Position numbers and translations under genes: made by a program | Shown: positions 20,342 through 30,849 of the stretch, piece after piece | Numbering within the stretch: position 1 is the first letter of the stretch | Layout of the letters: each line of letters begins with the position of its first letter | From: a virus | Taxonomy: Duplodnaviria > Caudoviricetes | Strand: one strand, 5' to 3' | IMG/VR virus record: IMGVR_UViG_3300032225_001145 | Coordinates: 1-64,000 of that record | Length of the DNA: 64,000 bases | The notes under the pieces: generated by a model | Seen by the model: the letters and a program-made list of their open reading frames with translations, nothing else | What the model was told of the DNA's origin: nothing | Database searches by the model: none

Positions 20342-22999
20342 TTGAGTTATGTAGATGCATTATATGATCGTGAACACGATCGAATTCATGTAGTAGAAAG
20401 AATTAACGGCGAAAGAGTTTATAAAGAATATCCCGCCGATTATATTTTTTATTACAATGACCCAAGAGGTAAATTTACATCAATCTACGGTACGCCGGTA
20501 GCTCGTTTTTCCACTCGCAATAGTAAAGAATTTCGTAAAGAAGTAGCTATACAAAAAGGTAAACAACTTTACGAATCTGACATCAATCCAATCTTTCGTT
20601 GTTTAGAAGAAAATTACAAAAATAAAGATGCTCCGGAACTCCATGCGGCATTCTTTGACATCGAAGTAGACTTCCACAAAGAGAAAGGCTTTTCTCCCAC
20701 AACAGATCCGTTTAACGGTATTACTGCTATTTCTGTTTACTTACAGTGGATGGAGCAACTAGTTACATTGGTTGTGCCACCAAAACACATGAGTCTCGCT
20801 ACAGCCAACGATATTGCCAAGGATTTTGAGAACTGCATTATTTTTGAAAAAGAAGAAGAAATGCTTAAAACATTTCTTGATTTGATTGAAGACGCAGATG
20901 TTATTTCTGGTTGGAATTCGGAAGGTTATGATATACCTTATACAATAAATCGCATCAAGCGAGTATTGTCTAAAGACGACACTCGCAGATTCTGTTTGTG
21001 GGGGCAATTCCCTAAAGAGCGCGAGTTTGAACGATTTGGTGCTACTAGCACAACGTATGATATTGTAGGCCGTGTACACATGGACTATATGCAACTCTAT
21101 CGCAAATACACTTATGAAGAGCGCCATAGCTATTCCTTGGATGCCATTGCCGAATATGAATTAGGTGAGAGTAAAACACAATACGAAGGCACATTGGATC
21201 AGTTATACAATCAAGACTTTAAACAGTTTATTGTTTATAACAGACAAGATACATTGTTGTTGGACAAGTTAGATAAGAAATTACGCTTCTTAGACTTAGC
21301 CAACGAACTTGCACACGCTAATACTGTATTGTTGGCAACTACCATGGGTGCGGTAGCTGTTACTGAACAAGCTATTATTAACGAAGCACACGAGCGTGGA
21401 CTTGTTGTACCTAATCGCAAACAAAGATTAACAGATGATGATACGGCGGCCGCAGGTGCCTATGTTGCCTATCCTAAGAAGGGTGTACACGAGTGGGTAG
21501 GCGCTGTAGATATTAATTCACTGTATCCTAGTGCTATTCGTGCGCTTAACATGGGAATGGAAACTGTAGTAGGACAACTTCGTCCTATTATGACCGACCG
21601 ATATATTAATGATATTGTCAATAAAGGTAAGACTTTTGCGGCAGCCTGGGAAGGCGTATTTGCTACATTAGAATATACTGCTGTCATGGAACAACAACGA
21701 GGCACTGAAATTACCATAGACTGGCAAGATGGAGATAGTTCGGTACACAGCGCCAGCGAAATATGGACAATGATTTTTGATAGTAATCAGCCGTGGATGT
21801 TGACTGCCAATGGTACTATCGTTACATATGAGCGTAAAGGTGTAGTCCCTGGATTGTTAGAGCGTTGGTATGCCGAGCGTAAAGAGTTACAAGCTAATAA
21901 AAAATCAGCTAAAGATAAAAAAGAAGAAGCATTCTGGGACAAGCGACAGTTGGTTAAGAAGATTAACTTGAACAGTTTATATGGCGCTATTTTAAATCCG
22001 CATTGTCGTTTCTTTGACAAACGCATCGGACAGTCAACTACACTAACAGGACGCAGTATTGCTAGACACATGGCTGGTTATATTAATGAATGTGTATTTG
22101 GTGTTAAAGATCATTTAGGCGATGCTATTATCTATGGTGACACTGATAGTTGTTATTTTACTGCTTGGCCAGCTATCAAAGACGAAGTTGCTAAAGGTAA
22201 TATGGAATGGAGTAAGGAAACTTGTATTCAACTCTATGATAGCATTGCGGATCAGGTTAATGAGTCGTTCCCAGCATTTATGGAACAAGCGTTTCATTGT
22301 CCAAGAGAAGCCGGTGAATTAATTAAAGCTGGACGAGAACTTGTTGCGTCTAATAGTTTGTTTATTACTAAGAAGCGTTATGCTGTATTGATTTATGATT
22401 TAGAAAATAAACGACTTGATGTTGACGGTAGCCCGGGCAAGATCAAAGCCATGGGATTAGATTTAAAGCGTAGTGATACTCCCAAAGTTATTCAAGACTT
22501 TTTAAGTGAAATATTACAAAAAGTATTAACTGGTACTAGTCGCGAGGACATTATTGAGCGTATTAGAGAATTCAAATATGGATTTGCTGAACGCCCAGCA
22601 TGGGAAAAAGGTACTCCTAAACGAGTTAATAATTTAACCAAATACGGTGCCGCCGAAGAGCGTGAAGGCAAAGCTAATATGCCAGGACATGTCCGTGCGG
22701 CACTTAATTGGAATAATATGCGTCGAATGAATGGCGACAATTATTCTATTGCTATAGTCGACGGCATGAAAACTATTGTATGTAAGTTAAAATCTAATCC
22801 ATTAGGATGGACAAGTATTGGTTATCCTACAGATGAACAACGATTGCCAGATTGGTTTAAAGAATTGCCGTTTGATGATGCTTTAATGGAATCAACTATT
22901 GTAGATCAAAAAATTGATAATTTGTTAAGCGTACTAGAGTGGGATTTGGCCGCGGCAACCAATACAGAAAATACATTCCAATCGTTGTTTGAATTTTAA
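20342..22999 (+). CDS. family B DNA polymerase (gp43-like), TTG start
   Basis: Exo DIEVD, GWNSEGYD, YNRQD; pol DINSLYPS, KINLNSLYG, YGDTDS, KKRY. Confidence 0.97.
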   Translation: MSYVDALYDREHDRIHVVERINGERVYKEYPADYIFYYNDPRGKFTSIYGTPVARFSTRNSKEFRKEVAIQKGKQLYESDINPIFRCLEENYKNKDAPELHAAFFDIEVDFHKEKGFSPTTDPFNGITAISVYLQWMEQLVTLVVPPKHMSLATANDIAKDFENCIIFEKEEEMLKTFLDLIEDADVISGWNSEGYDIPYTINRIKRVLSKDDTRRFCLWGQFPKEREFERFGATSTTYDIVGRVHMDYMQLYRKYTYEERHSYSLDAIAEYELGESKTQYEGTLDQLYNQDFKQFIVYNRQDTLLLDKLDKKLRFLDLANELAHANTVLLATTMGAVAVTEQAIINEAHERGLVVPNRKQRLTDDDTAAAGAYVAYPKKGVHEWVGAVDINSLYPSAIRALNMGMETVVGQLRPIMTDRYINDIVNKGKTFAAAWEGVFATLEYTAVMEQQRGTEITIDWQDGDSSVHSASEIWTMIFDSNQPWMLTANGTIVTYERKGVVPGLLERWYAERKELQANKKSAKDKKEEAFWDKRQLVKKINLNSLYGAILNPHCRFFDKRIGQSTTLTGRSIARHMAGYINECVFGVKDHLGDAIIYGDTDSCYFTAWPAIKDEVAKGNMEWSKETCIQLYDSIADQVNESFPAFMEQAFHCPREAGELIKAGRELVASNSLFITKKRYAVLIYDLENKRLDVDGSPGKIKAMGLDLKRSDTPKVIQDFLSEILQKVLTGTSREDIIERIREFKYGFAERPAWEKGTPKRVNNLTKYGAAEEREGKANMPGHVRAALNWNNMRRMNGDNYSIAIVDGMKTIVCKLKSNPLGWTSIGYPTDEQRLPDWFKELPFDDALMESTIVDQKIDNLLSVLEWDLAAATNTENTFQSLFEF

Positions 23000-23077
23000 A
23001 TGGCAAAAATAGTTTCAAAATCGTTGTAAAACCTAAATAAACCTGTTATAATATCAACATTACTTAAAGGAAATAAA

Positions 23078-23800
23078 ATGCGTGATCATCTTTTAGACTT
23101 AGTTTCTCATACTTTTGACTTGGGCAGTATTGAACAAGTTCGTGTAGTTGGAACTGATGCCGAAACAAAAATCTTTGGTAAAGCCGAAGATAATTCGATT
23201 GTTGTAGAAGGTACAACAATTAATCCAGTGGCTGAATTTATTGGCACATTTGGTATGCCAAATTTAGCTAAACTTAAAATTCTTTTGAACCTACAAGAGT
23301 ACAAAGAAGATGCTACTTTGGCTATCAATCGCAGAGCAGATAATGCTCCGGATCAATTAAACTTTGTAAACAAAGCAGGCGACTTTAAAAATTCATATCG
23401 CTTCATGGCAGCCGAAGTTGCCAATGAAAAGATTAAAACTGTTAAGTTCAAAGGTGTTAAATGGAATATTGAATTTGAGCCAAGTGCGGCGTCTATGCAG
23501 CGTTTAAAAATGCAGGCAACTGCTAACAGCGAGGAAAACAATTTCCAAGTTAAAGTAGAAAACGGCGATTTAAAATTCTTCTTTGGCGATCACTCTACAC
23601 ACGCTGGTAACTTTGTGTTCCAACCAGGTGTAACCGGTACATTGGCCCGAGCATGGAGTTGGCCAGTTAAAGCTGTTATTGGAATCCTTGATTTGTACGG
23701 TGATAAAATCATGCGTATCAGCGATGAAGGTGCGGCTCAGATTGTTGTTGATACTGGACTTGCTGTTTATTCTTATATCCTACCGGCACAATCTAAATAA
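23078..23800 (+). CDS. putative sliding clamp (gp45-like)
   Basis: 240-aa alpha/beta protein right after polB, C-terminal YILPA. Confidence 0.6.
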   Translation: MRDHLLDLVSHTFDLGSIEQVRVVGTDAETKIFGKAEDNSIVVEGTTINPVAEFIGTFGMPNLAKLKILLNLQEYKEDATLAINRRADNAPDQLNFVNKAGDFKNSYRFMAAEVANEKIKTVKFKGVKWNIEFEPSAASMQRLKMQATANSEENNFQVKVENGDLKFFFGDHSTHAGNFVFQPGVTGTLARAWSWPVKAVIGILDLYGDKIMRISDEGAAQIVVDTGLAVYSYILPAQSK

Positions 23801-23803
23801 TTA

Positions 23804-25480
23804 ATGAGCCAAGACAATCTCACTAACAAACAATCTGACTACGCTATATTTTTACCAGCGTTGTCGGGTTTCTACGGAACTTACATAGGTAAGCAACGTG
23901 GCGGGCCTTATGTTCCGCAATCTCGTATGCCTACTAATATCCAAGATATGGAAATGCTTAATTGGCTTAACAGTCAAAAAGGTTTGTTTACATATAAGTG
24001 GAGTTTATATTCAGCAGGACACGCTAACTTAGATCTTAATAAGCAAGACTGGAATGAAGACATGATCCGTAACAGAGATCGTGCCAATACATTCATCTTA
24101 GGTGACTCGGGTGGATTCCAGATTGGTAAAGGTGTGTGGGAAGGTGAATGGCGTGATCCCAACGGACCAGAAGTTCGAGCTAAAATGGCCGAAGCTGTTG
24201 CTCGAGGTATCGAACATGTACCGGCGTTAAAGCCAGATGGCACTCCTAAGCATGATAAGAACGGCAACATTAAGTACACTAAGATTGACCATGTAAAAGA
24301 ATATCAATCTAAGCTAGATGCGGCACAAAAAAAGCGTGAAGCAGTTTTAGCTTGGATGGATGGTATTATGAACTATGGTATGGTCCTTGATATTCCAGCA
24401 TGGGTAGAGCGTAGCCCAGCTGGTCGTCGAGCAACAGGCATTGAATCATATCAGCAAGCAGTCGAAGCTACCAAGTATAATAACGAATATTTTATTAAAC
24501 ATCGCAATGGTAACTGTAAGTTCTTAAATGTATTACAAGGTGAGAATCACGCACAAGCCGATGACTGGTATGCCCAGATGAAAGACTTTTGCGATCCTAA
24601 TATCTATGGTGCCAAAGCATTTAATGGATGGGCTATGGGCGGCCAGAATATGTGTGATGTAGACTTAGTATTACGCAGATTAGTAGCATTAAAATTTGAT
24701 GGGTTGTTACAAGAAGGTAAACAAGATTGGATGCACTTCTTGGGTACAAGTAAATTAGAATGGGCGTTATTATTAACAGACATTCAACGAGCTGTACGAA
24801 AATATGTCAATCCTAATTTTACTATTAGTTTCGACTGTGCTAGTCCATTTTTAGCAACTGCTAACGGACAAGTATATCATCAAATTGACATTAAAGATCG
24901 TGAAAAATGGTGTTATCGTATGAGTGCTATTGTCGACGATAAAAAATATGCTGTTGACACTCGTAAGTTTAGCGATGCTGTATTACAGGATGGGTTAATT
25001 CATCACTTCGATGATAGCCCTGTTAGCGACAATTTACAAATTAAAGATATTTGTCACTATGCTCCAGGCGACCTAAATAAGATAGGTAAAGAAGGTAAAA
25101 CTAGTTGGGATTCGTTCTCTTACGCATTGTTAATGGGTCATAATGTTTGGTTACATTTGGAATCAGTTCAAAGAGCTAATCGCGAATATGACGCTGGCAA
25201 ATGTCCTGGTATGTTAGTTGATGAACGATTTGATACTGTTTATTTTAAAGATGTAGTAGAAGCTATATTTGCTGCTCCTGATAGAGAAACCGCTATTGCT
25301 ATTATTGATTTATATGATAAGTTCTGGCAAAGCATTATCGGAACTCGCGGGGCAACTGGTAAGAAAACAGTTAATGCCAGTACTATGTTTAACAGTTTAT
25401 TTGAAGCAGAAGAAGCGGAAGAACATCCTATTGATGATTCTGGATTGGACGAATCTAAACTTGATGCCTTGGAAGCGTAA
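23804..25480 (+). CDS. dpdA: TGT-fold DNA guanine transglycosylase (DpdA family)
   Basis: DSGGFQ, VLDIP, VLQG, HFLG, SFDCAS motifs; folE/queD/queE nearby. Confidence 0.82.
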   Translation: MSQDNLTNKQSDYAIFLPALSGFYGTYIGKQRGGPYVPQSRMPTNIQDMEMLNWLNSQKGLFTYKWSLYSAGHANLDLNKQDWNEDMIRNRDRANTFILGDSGGFQIGKGVWEGEWRDPNGPEVRAKMAEAVARGIEHVPALKPDGTPKHDKNGNIKYTKIDHVKEYQSKLDAAQKKREAVLAWMDGIMNYGMVLDIPAWVERSPAGRRATGIESYQQAVEATKYNNEYFIKHRNGNCKFLNVLQGENHAQADDWYAQMKDFCDPNIYGAKAFNGWAMGGQNMCDVDLVLRRLVALKFDGLLQEGKQDWMHFLGTSKLEWALLLTDIQRAVRKYVNPNFTISFDCASPFLATANGQVYHQIDIKDREKWCYRMSAIVDDKKYAVDTRKFSDAVLQDGLIHHFDDSPVSDNLQIKDICHYAPGDLNKIGKEGKTSWDSFSYALLMGHNVWLHLESVQRANREYDAGKCPGMLVDERFDTVYFKDVVEAIFAAPDRETAIAIIDLYDKFWQSIIGTRGATGKKTVNASTMFNSLFEAEEAEEHPIDDSGLDESKLDALEA

Positions 25481-26391
25481 TGAAAAGTCTTATTATTGGA
25501 ATGAGTATTGGGCAGTTATACAAACAAGTGTTAACTGAACTCGAACATCATGTTGTCACAGTTGATTTAGATCCCGCTAAACATGCCGACTATATTGATA
25601 TCGAAACAGCATTATCGGAACATACTTGTTTTGATACTGTTCATATTTGTACTCCAAATTTTACACACGAAGATATCGCTAGGCAAGTAGCAGAACATAG
25701 TCGTATTGTGTTTATCGAAAAGCCAGGATTAGAATCAGCATTAGCATGGTACAACTTAGTAGACGATTATCCTGATACCCGTTTTATGATGGTCAAGAAT
25801 AATCAGTACAGAGAGAACATCGCAGTACTGACTCAGTTAGCACACAAAGCTAAAATTATTAATCTAACTTGGAATAATAATGATCGTGTACCTAATCCAG
25901 GTACTTGGTTTACTACTAAGGAGTTAGCATACGGCGGTGTTAGTAGGGATTTGTTACCGCACTTGTTAAGTTTATTCCAATCATTATCTGGCTTTAGTTA
26001 TGACCAAGCTAAACTGACTAACCAAGTGTCAGAAAGATTTTGGTCTCTATCTGAATTAACACAAACAGATTATGGTCGTGTAGATGCCAACGGCACCTAT
26101 GATGTAGATGATCAAGTAGAGTTAGATTACACTGATACCCACGGCTGCCACTGGATTATTGAATCTAACTGGCGTACATTAACTGGTGATGACCGTAGTA
26201 TTTTAATGACATTTGAAGATGGTAGTCACTATTATTATGAGTTAGGTCTATGTCCAGAAGATGCGTATAAGCGTATGATTAGTACAGCAATTGAAATGAA
26301 AGACACACAAGCGTTTTGGGATCTACAATTAGAGTTAGATATTTGGATCCACAAAACTATCGAAAACATCGACATTTACGAGTTAGCATGA
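25480..26391 (+). CDS. Gfo/Idh/MocA family oxidoreductase
   Basis: Rossmann N-terminus, ICTPNFTH, IEKP, GGVSRDLLPH. Confidence 0.85.
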   Translation: MKSLIIGMSIGQLYKQVLTELEHHVVTVDLDPAKHADYIDIETALSEHTCFDTVHICTPNFTHEDIARQVAEHSRIVFIEKPGLESALAWYNLVDDYPDTRFMMVKNNQYRENIAVLTQLAHKAKIINLTWNNNDRVPNPGTWFTTKELAYGGVSRDLLPHLLSLFQSLSGFSYDQAKLTNQVSERFWSLSELTQTDYGRVDANGTYDVDDQVELDYTDTHGCHWIIESNWRTLTGDDRSILMTFEDGSHYYYELGLCPEDAYKRMISTAIEMKDTQAFWDLQLELDIWIHKTIENIDIYELA

Positions 26392-27278
26392 GAGTAAGAT
26401 TATTATCCACTGACGGTAAAGGTTCGTTCAGTGAGAGTATGTGGTTCAAACCTAGAATAGCCGAAAATGAAATTGAAGTCAAAGCTATAATGACCGGAGT
26501 GTGTCGTAGTGATATCGCTATGATGACGGGCGAGTTTGGTCCACTGCCAATACACATGAGCGGTCACGAAGGGCTAGCTCAGGTAACCGAGATTGGTTCC
26601 GATATCAAAGATGTAGCAGTTGGAGACTATGTCGCTACTCGCGGTGAACCAGCTTATGCCGATTACTATAATGTTAGATATGGTGAATATGTACAAGTAC
26701 CAGAAGCCCATCCCCGTTATATTTTAGAGCCTGTGGCCTGTGGTATTAATTGTGTCAATCAAGCATACGATGAAATCAATAAACGAGCAGACGGTCGTTG
26801 TTTAATTATCGGTAGCGGGTTTTTAGCCTGGGTTGTCTACAACAATCTCCAACATGAGTTTGAAGACTTGGAAATTGATGTATTAGGCCGCAGTAATTCA
26901 GAACTATTTGGCAACGCACTCACTTACAAGCCTGAAAGCACTTATGACGTTGTAATCGATTTAGGATCAGGCACAGAAGTATTCGACCAACCAATTCTAA
27001 ATAATGAAGCCTTGATTGTGTTTGGCGTGGAGAAAACGGTTACTACAAACTTTGCTAATATACTTTGGAAATCTTGTACAATGACATTCCCAAGTCCACG
27101 CAACAGTAAATTTATCATGTCGATGATGGAAGCCCGTTATATGATCGAAAACGGCTTACTTGATGTTGACAAATTCTGGACAAAGTGTTATAATCGTAAT
27201 ACAGAGTGGCAGGAAGCGTTTGCGGATGGTGTGGACCGTCCAAACGGTTACAGTAGAGGTTACATCAAGTGGGATTAA
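26388..27278 (+). CDS. Zn-dependent (MDR) alcohol/sugar dehydrogenase
   Basis: GVCRSD, GHEG, VGDYV, EPVAC, IIGSG; start moved to the ATGA overlap at 26388. Confidence 0.85.
   Translation: MRVRLLSTDGKGSFSESMWFKPRIAENEIEVKAIMTGVCRSDIAMMTGEFGPLPIHMSGHEGLAQVTEIGSDIKDVAVGDYVATRGEPAYADYYNVRYGEYVQVPEAHPRYILEPVACGINCVNQAYDEINKRADGRCLIIGSGFLAWVVYNNLQHEFEDLEIDVLGRSNSELFGNALTYKPESTYDVVIDLGSGTEVFDQPILNNEALIVFGVEKTVTTNFANILWKSCTMTFPSPRNSKFIMSMMEARYMIENGLLDVDKFWTKCYNRNTEWQEAFADGVDRPNGYSRGYIKWD
27166..27194 (+). promoter_or_regulatory. sigma70-type promoter inside the dehydrogenase gene
   Basis: TTGACA-17 nt-TATAAT, perfect consensus. Confidence 0.7.
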
Positions 27279-27787
27279 ACACTGAAGAACGACAAGGCGT
27301 AGTTTATTTTACAGGATTTGAAGTTGAGCATACTATCTGTTATGGTATGAAAACTTTATTTGTTGTAGGTACTCCGCCATACGAAGACATCAAAGCCCAG
27401 GCAAAAGAACAAAACTGTAAACATATCTATTACGGGACAAGTCAAAGTTTTAATCCTAAATCTGTGACCCAAGCAGAATATAAAGCATGGGACGATGTTA
27501 TTCTTCCTGCTCTTAAAGATGATTTTTGGGTTACATTAGATTTTGATAGTAAACATGCAGAAGGTGTTATTGAATCTGGTTATAGTGAATATCAAAAGTT
27601 TGTTCCTATGATTAGTTGTAAATTACCTTACATTCAACAATTTAATTATAATACTACACTTAAACTCGATGACACAACTTGGGGGCATAGTAATCCTGGA
27701 GTATGGACACATCAGCTACACGATTTAATGAATATGAAAAACTACACACACTGGGATCAATATACCCAAGATGAGGAAATTAAATAA
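27269..27787 (+). CDS. hypothetical protein of the deazaguanine locus
   Basis: 172-aa ORF coupled to both neighbours. Confidence 0.7.
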   Translation: MGLNTEERQGVVYFTGFEVEHTICYGMKTLFVVGTPPYEDIKAQAKEQNCKHIYYGTSQSFNPKSVTQAEYKAWDDVILPALKDDFWVTLDFDSKHAEGVIESGYSEYQKFVPMISCKLPYIQQFNYNTTLKLDDTTWGHSNPGVWTHQLHDLMNMKNYTHWDQYTQDEEIK

Positions 27788-28260
27788 TGGAACAACAAAG
27801 ACAACAGGCATTATTAGAGCAAGCTAATCGTATTATGGACAAAGCAGATCGAAAGATTTGGATTACTTTTCGCAAAGAAGGAATACATAAATACCCAGCA
27901 GCGGCCACAGATCCTAACTTGTGTACCGCGGGAGAATATGATGTATCGTTTCTTGCTAGTCCTCATAGGCACATTTTTCATTTCCGGGTGTGGATCGATG
28001 TCTTCCATAATGACCGAGATATCGAATTCATCCAATTCAAACGTTGGCTCGAAAATCTCTATTCCAGTAACAACAATAATCAAAGTTCCGTTTTAGAACT
28101 TGATTGGAAGTCTTGCGAAATGATCGCAGATGACTTGTATATTCAAATAGCCGGCAGATATCCTGATCGTGCTGTATGGATTGAAGTGGCCGAAGATGGC
28201 GAGAACGGCTGCCTTATTAAGTATGAACTTTCTCGTCCTAACCTAAGTATTAAATATTAA
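27787..28260 (+). CDS. QueD-paralogous T-fold protein, probable CDG decarboxylase (DpdL-like)
   Basis: LASPHRHIF fits LxxxHRHxF; SCEMIA; EDGENG. Confidence 0.72.
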   Translation: MEQQRQQALLEQANRIMDKADRKIWITFRKEGIHKYPAAATDPNLCTAGEYDVSFLASPHRHIFHFRVWIDVFHNDRDIEFIQFKRWLENLYSSNNNNQSSVLELDWKSCEMIADDLYIQIAGRYPDRAVWIEVAEDGENGCLIKYELSRPNLSIKY

Positions 28261-28269
28261 GGAAATAAA

Positions 28270-28491
28270 ATGGGTAAGCCAGTTTACAAACCCAGCCCTA
28301 GGGCTTTAGCAGTACACGATGACCTAAACAAATTTTTAGATTTTTGTGTTGATTTTGGATATCGTTTTAACGAAGGCGACTTGTATAACTTTAAGAGTTA
28401 TGCTTGGCAACAATACAACAAATTCGTTCAAGGCAAAAATGCCAAGAACATGTGGGTAGAAGATGCCCGTCGATTAGGCAGACCAATTTGA
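28270..28491 (+). CDS. hypothetical protein
   Basis: AAGGA SD, 73 aa. Confidence 0.65.
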   Translation: MGKPVYKPSPRALAVHDDLNKFLDFCVDFGYRFNEGDLYNFKSYAWQQYNKFVQGKNAKNMWVEDARRLGRPI

Positions 28492-29543
28492 CAGTCTTTC
28501 TAGTCGATCTAGAAGCAGTAGAAACTAGGTACACGGGTCAGTGGAAGACTCATGTGCCTAATCTCTTACGAAAGGCAGGACACAATGTTCAAATTATCTC
28601 TGGCCCTGAGGATATTCCTACAGCCACTACTCCTGGTGCTTTTCTTAATTTTGGTGGCACCAATATATATAAGTCTCGTCAAGTTGAAGAGATTAGCCGA
28701 TTATTTTGCGCCGGAGCAGTTAGCCCTAATGATCACTTTATTTTTACTGATGCTTGGCACCCTGGTATCATAAACCTAAAGTACATGAGCGAACTGTTAC
28801 AGATTCCTGTGACTACACATGGCTTATGGCATGCGGGCAGTTATGATCCCCAAGACTTCTTAGGCAGACTTATTGGCGATAAGCCCTGGGTAAGGCACGC
28901 TGAAAAGAGCTTTTTCTTTTCATATGATCATAACTACTTTGCCACAGACTTTCATATTAAAATGTTTGCCCGCAATTTGTTTGATACAGATGATGACGGT
29001 ACCAATCCTTATGTAACACAAACAGGCTGGCCCATGGAGTATATGGAAGATGAATTGTCTCCATATAAGAATTTACAAAAGCGTGACTTAATCTTATTTC
29101 CACATAGGATTGCTCCAGAAAAACAAGTAGATATTTTTAAGGATTTAGCAAACAGATTACCACAATATGAATTCGTTGTTTGTCAGGAAAAAGAATTAAC
29201 TAAACATGAATATCATACATTGTTGGGCGAAGCTAAGATTGTGTTTAGTGCTAACTTACAAGAAACGCTAGGCATTAGTTGTTACGAAGGCGCATTGCTA
29301 GATGCTATACCAATGGTCCCAGATCGATTATCATACAGTGAAATGTATCAAGATCACTTTAAGTATCCAAGTGTATGGACTGAAAATTATCAAACATACG
29401 ATACATATCGTTCTGAGCTTTGCAATACTATTATAGAAGATATTGAAACATACGAAACTAGGGTCCCGTGGATTCGGCAACAAGCTGAAAATTTATCCAA
29501 AGAGTTCTTTTCGGCTACTAATTTATTAAAAAATATAACATAA
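28488..29543 (+). CDS. GT-B (GT4-like) glycosyltransferase
   Basis: HRIAPEKQ and ETLGISCYEG (Ex7E); probable TTG start at 28488. Confidence 0.82.
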   Translation: MTVFLVDLEAVETRYTGQWKTHVPNLLRKAGHNVQIISGPEDIPTATTPGAFLNFGGTNIYKSRQVEEISRLFCAGAVSPNDHFIFTDAWHPGIINLKYMSELLQIPVTTHGLWHAGSYDPQDFLGRLIGDKPWVRHAEKSFFFSYDHNYFATDFHIKMFARNLFDTDDDGTNPYVTQTGWPMEYMEDELSPYKNLQKRDLILFPHRIAPEKQVDIFKDLANRLPQYEFVVCQEKELTKHEYHTLLGEAKIVFSANLQETLGISCYEGALLDAIPMVPDRLSYSEMYQDHFKYPSVWTENYQTYDTYRSELCNTIIEDIETYETRVPWIRQQAENLSKEFFSATNLLKNIT

Positions 29544-29546
29544 CCT

Positions 29547-29575
29547 TTGACTTAAACCTAAATAACCTTTATAAT
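29547..29575 (+). promoter_or_regulatory. sigma70-type promoter, likely leaderless transcript
   Basis: TTGACT-17-TATAAT, ATG 6 nt downstream; TAAATA inside the spacer. Confidence 0.65.
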
Positions 29576-29581
29576 AACTGT

Positions 29582-29980
29582 ATGACATTAAACGAACAAT
29601 TTGAACGCATAACTTCTAATAAGGAAGAACATGCTCGTTTATACGAATCGGATAATTTGTATATTGTTTGGGTAGTTAAAAAGGATGATCCTAAGTTAGA
29701 AGGTTTTATTAATAGTATTGACAATGAATACTATAGCTGGCGTTCTACACTTAATGGAGATACTAAGCGAGAATCAAAACTTGCCAATCCTGAAAACCAA
29801 ACTGCAACAGTTAAAGGACATGTCTATAGTGTCACTAATGAACAAATGGATATGTTCGAAAAGGTAGCACTTATGCCTAGTATGAAATATGGTTATAGAT
29901 TTGAAAAATATGATGTAAATAGCATTAAAAATAAAGAGCAACAAGAAATAATGGAAGCATTGAAAGAGGAAAACGAATGA
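29582..29980 (+). CDS. hypothetical protein
   Basis: 132-aa ORF with promoter, ATGA-coupled to folE. Confidence 0.65.
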   Translation: MTLNEQFERITSNKEEHARLYESDNLYIVWVVKKDDPKLEGFINSIDNEYYSWRSTLNGDTKRESKLANPENQTATVKGHVYSVTNEQMDMFEKVALMPSMKYGYRFEKYDVNSIKNKEQQEIMEALKEENE

Positions 29981-30768
29981 CATCATTCACAACTGAAGAT
30001 AGAAAAAATGCTAGTAAACTAGTGGAAGAAGCTCCGTTCCATCCTGGATACGAAGATGCTGCTATTATACCTAAAGACGGTCGTCCGTTGAGCGTGGTTA
30101 TTCGCGAGCGTATGATAGTAGATAAAAAGCGTTTTTGGGCTGGCGATAACATTAGTGATTATGTCGGCGAACAAGATAAAAAACAACTTATCGACGAAGC
30201 TACACAAGCATTTGAAAAAGTATTAGACACTTTATTAATTGACCGTGCGTATGATCCTAATAGTCGCGGCACAGCCCGGCGATTGGCTAAGATGTATTTT
30301 AACGAAATTATGGCTGGCCGCTATGAACCAGCGCCAGACTGTACAGCATTTCCCAACGATAGCGAGGATAGATATGAAGGTATGTTGGTTGTACGCAGCG
30401 AGTTGCGTAGTATGTGTAGTCATCACCATCAGCCTGTCACTGGTGTTGCCTACATAGGAATTATAGCAGCACAAAAACTTATTGGTTTGTCAAAGTACAC
30501 AAGAATCGCACAATGGTGCGCTCGCCGTGGCACCCTACAAGAAGAATTGTGTAACGATATTGCCAAAGAAATAATGAAAGCAACAGGTAGCCAGGATGTA
30601 GGCGTTTATATTCAAGCAACTCATGGTTGTTGTGAAAACCGCGGCATTATGGCACATAGCTCTTTAACACAGACTACAGTACTTAAAGGTGCGTTTACAA
30701 CAGATGCTGGTACTAAGAAAGAATTTATGGATAATATTAAACTACAACAGGACTTTGCCCCAAGATGA
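29977..30768 (+). CDS. folE: GTP cyclohydrolase I
   Basis: SMCSHH, IGLSKY.R, LQE, HGCCENRG. Confidence 0.95.
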   Translation: MTSFTTEDRKNASKLVEEAPFHPGYEDAAIIPKDGRPLSVVIRERMIVDKKRFWAGDNISDYVGEQDKKQLIDEATQAFEKVLDTLLIDRAYDPNSRGTARRLAKMYFNEIMAGRYEPAPDCTAFPNDSEDRYEGMLVVRSELRSMCSHHHQPVTGVAYIGIIAAQKLIGLSKYTRIAQWCARRGTLQEELCNDIAKEIMKATGSQDVGVYIQATHGCCENRGIMAHSSLTQTTVLKGAFTTDAGTKKEFMDNIKLQQDFAPR

Positions 30769-30849
30769 TTGATCAAATTTTATACGAAATTCATGTATAC
30801 TGGATTATGTTTATTGCTATGATAGAACATTTTTTTTCATAATAATAAA

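Noticed and set aside
20342-22999. Intein or intron in the DNA polymerase
   Set aside because: Motifs are in order at normal total length; no intein termini or LAGLIDADG blocks
23804-25480. Ordinary tRNA-guanine transglycosylase (tgt)
   Set aside because: Lacks the CxCxxC zinc motif of bacterial Tgt, is much longer, and lies directly after the replication genes
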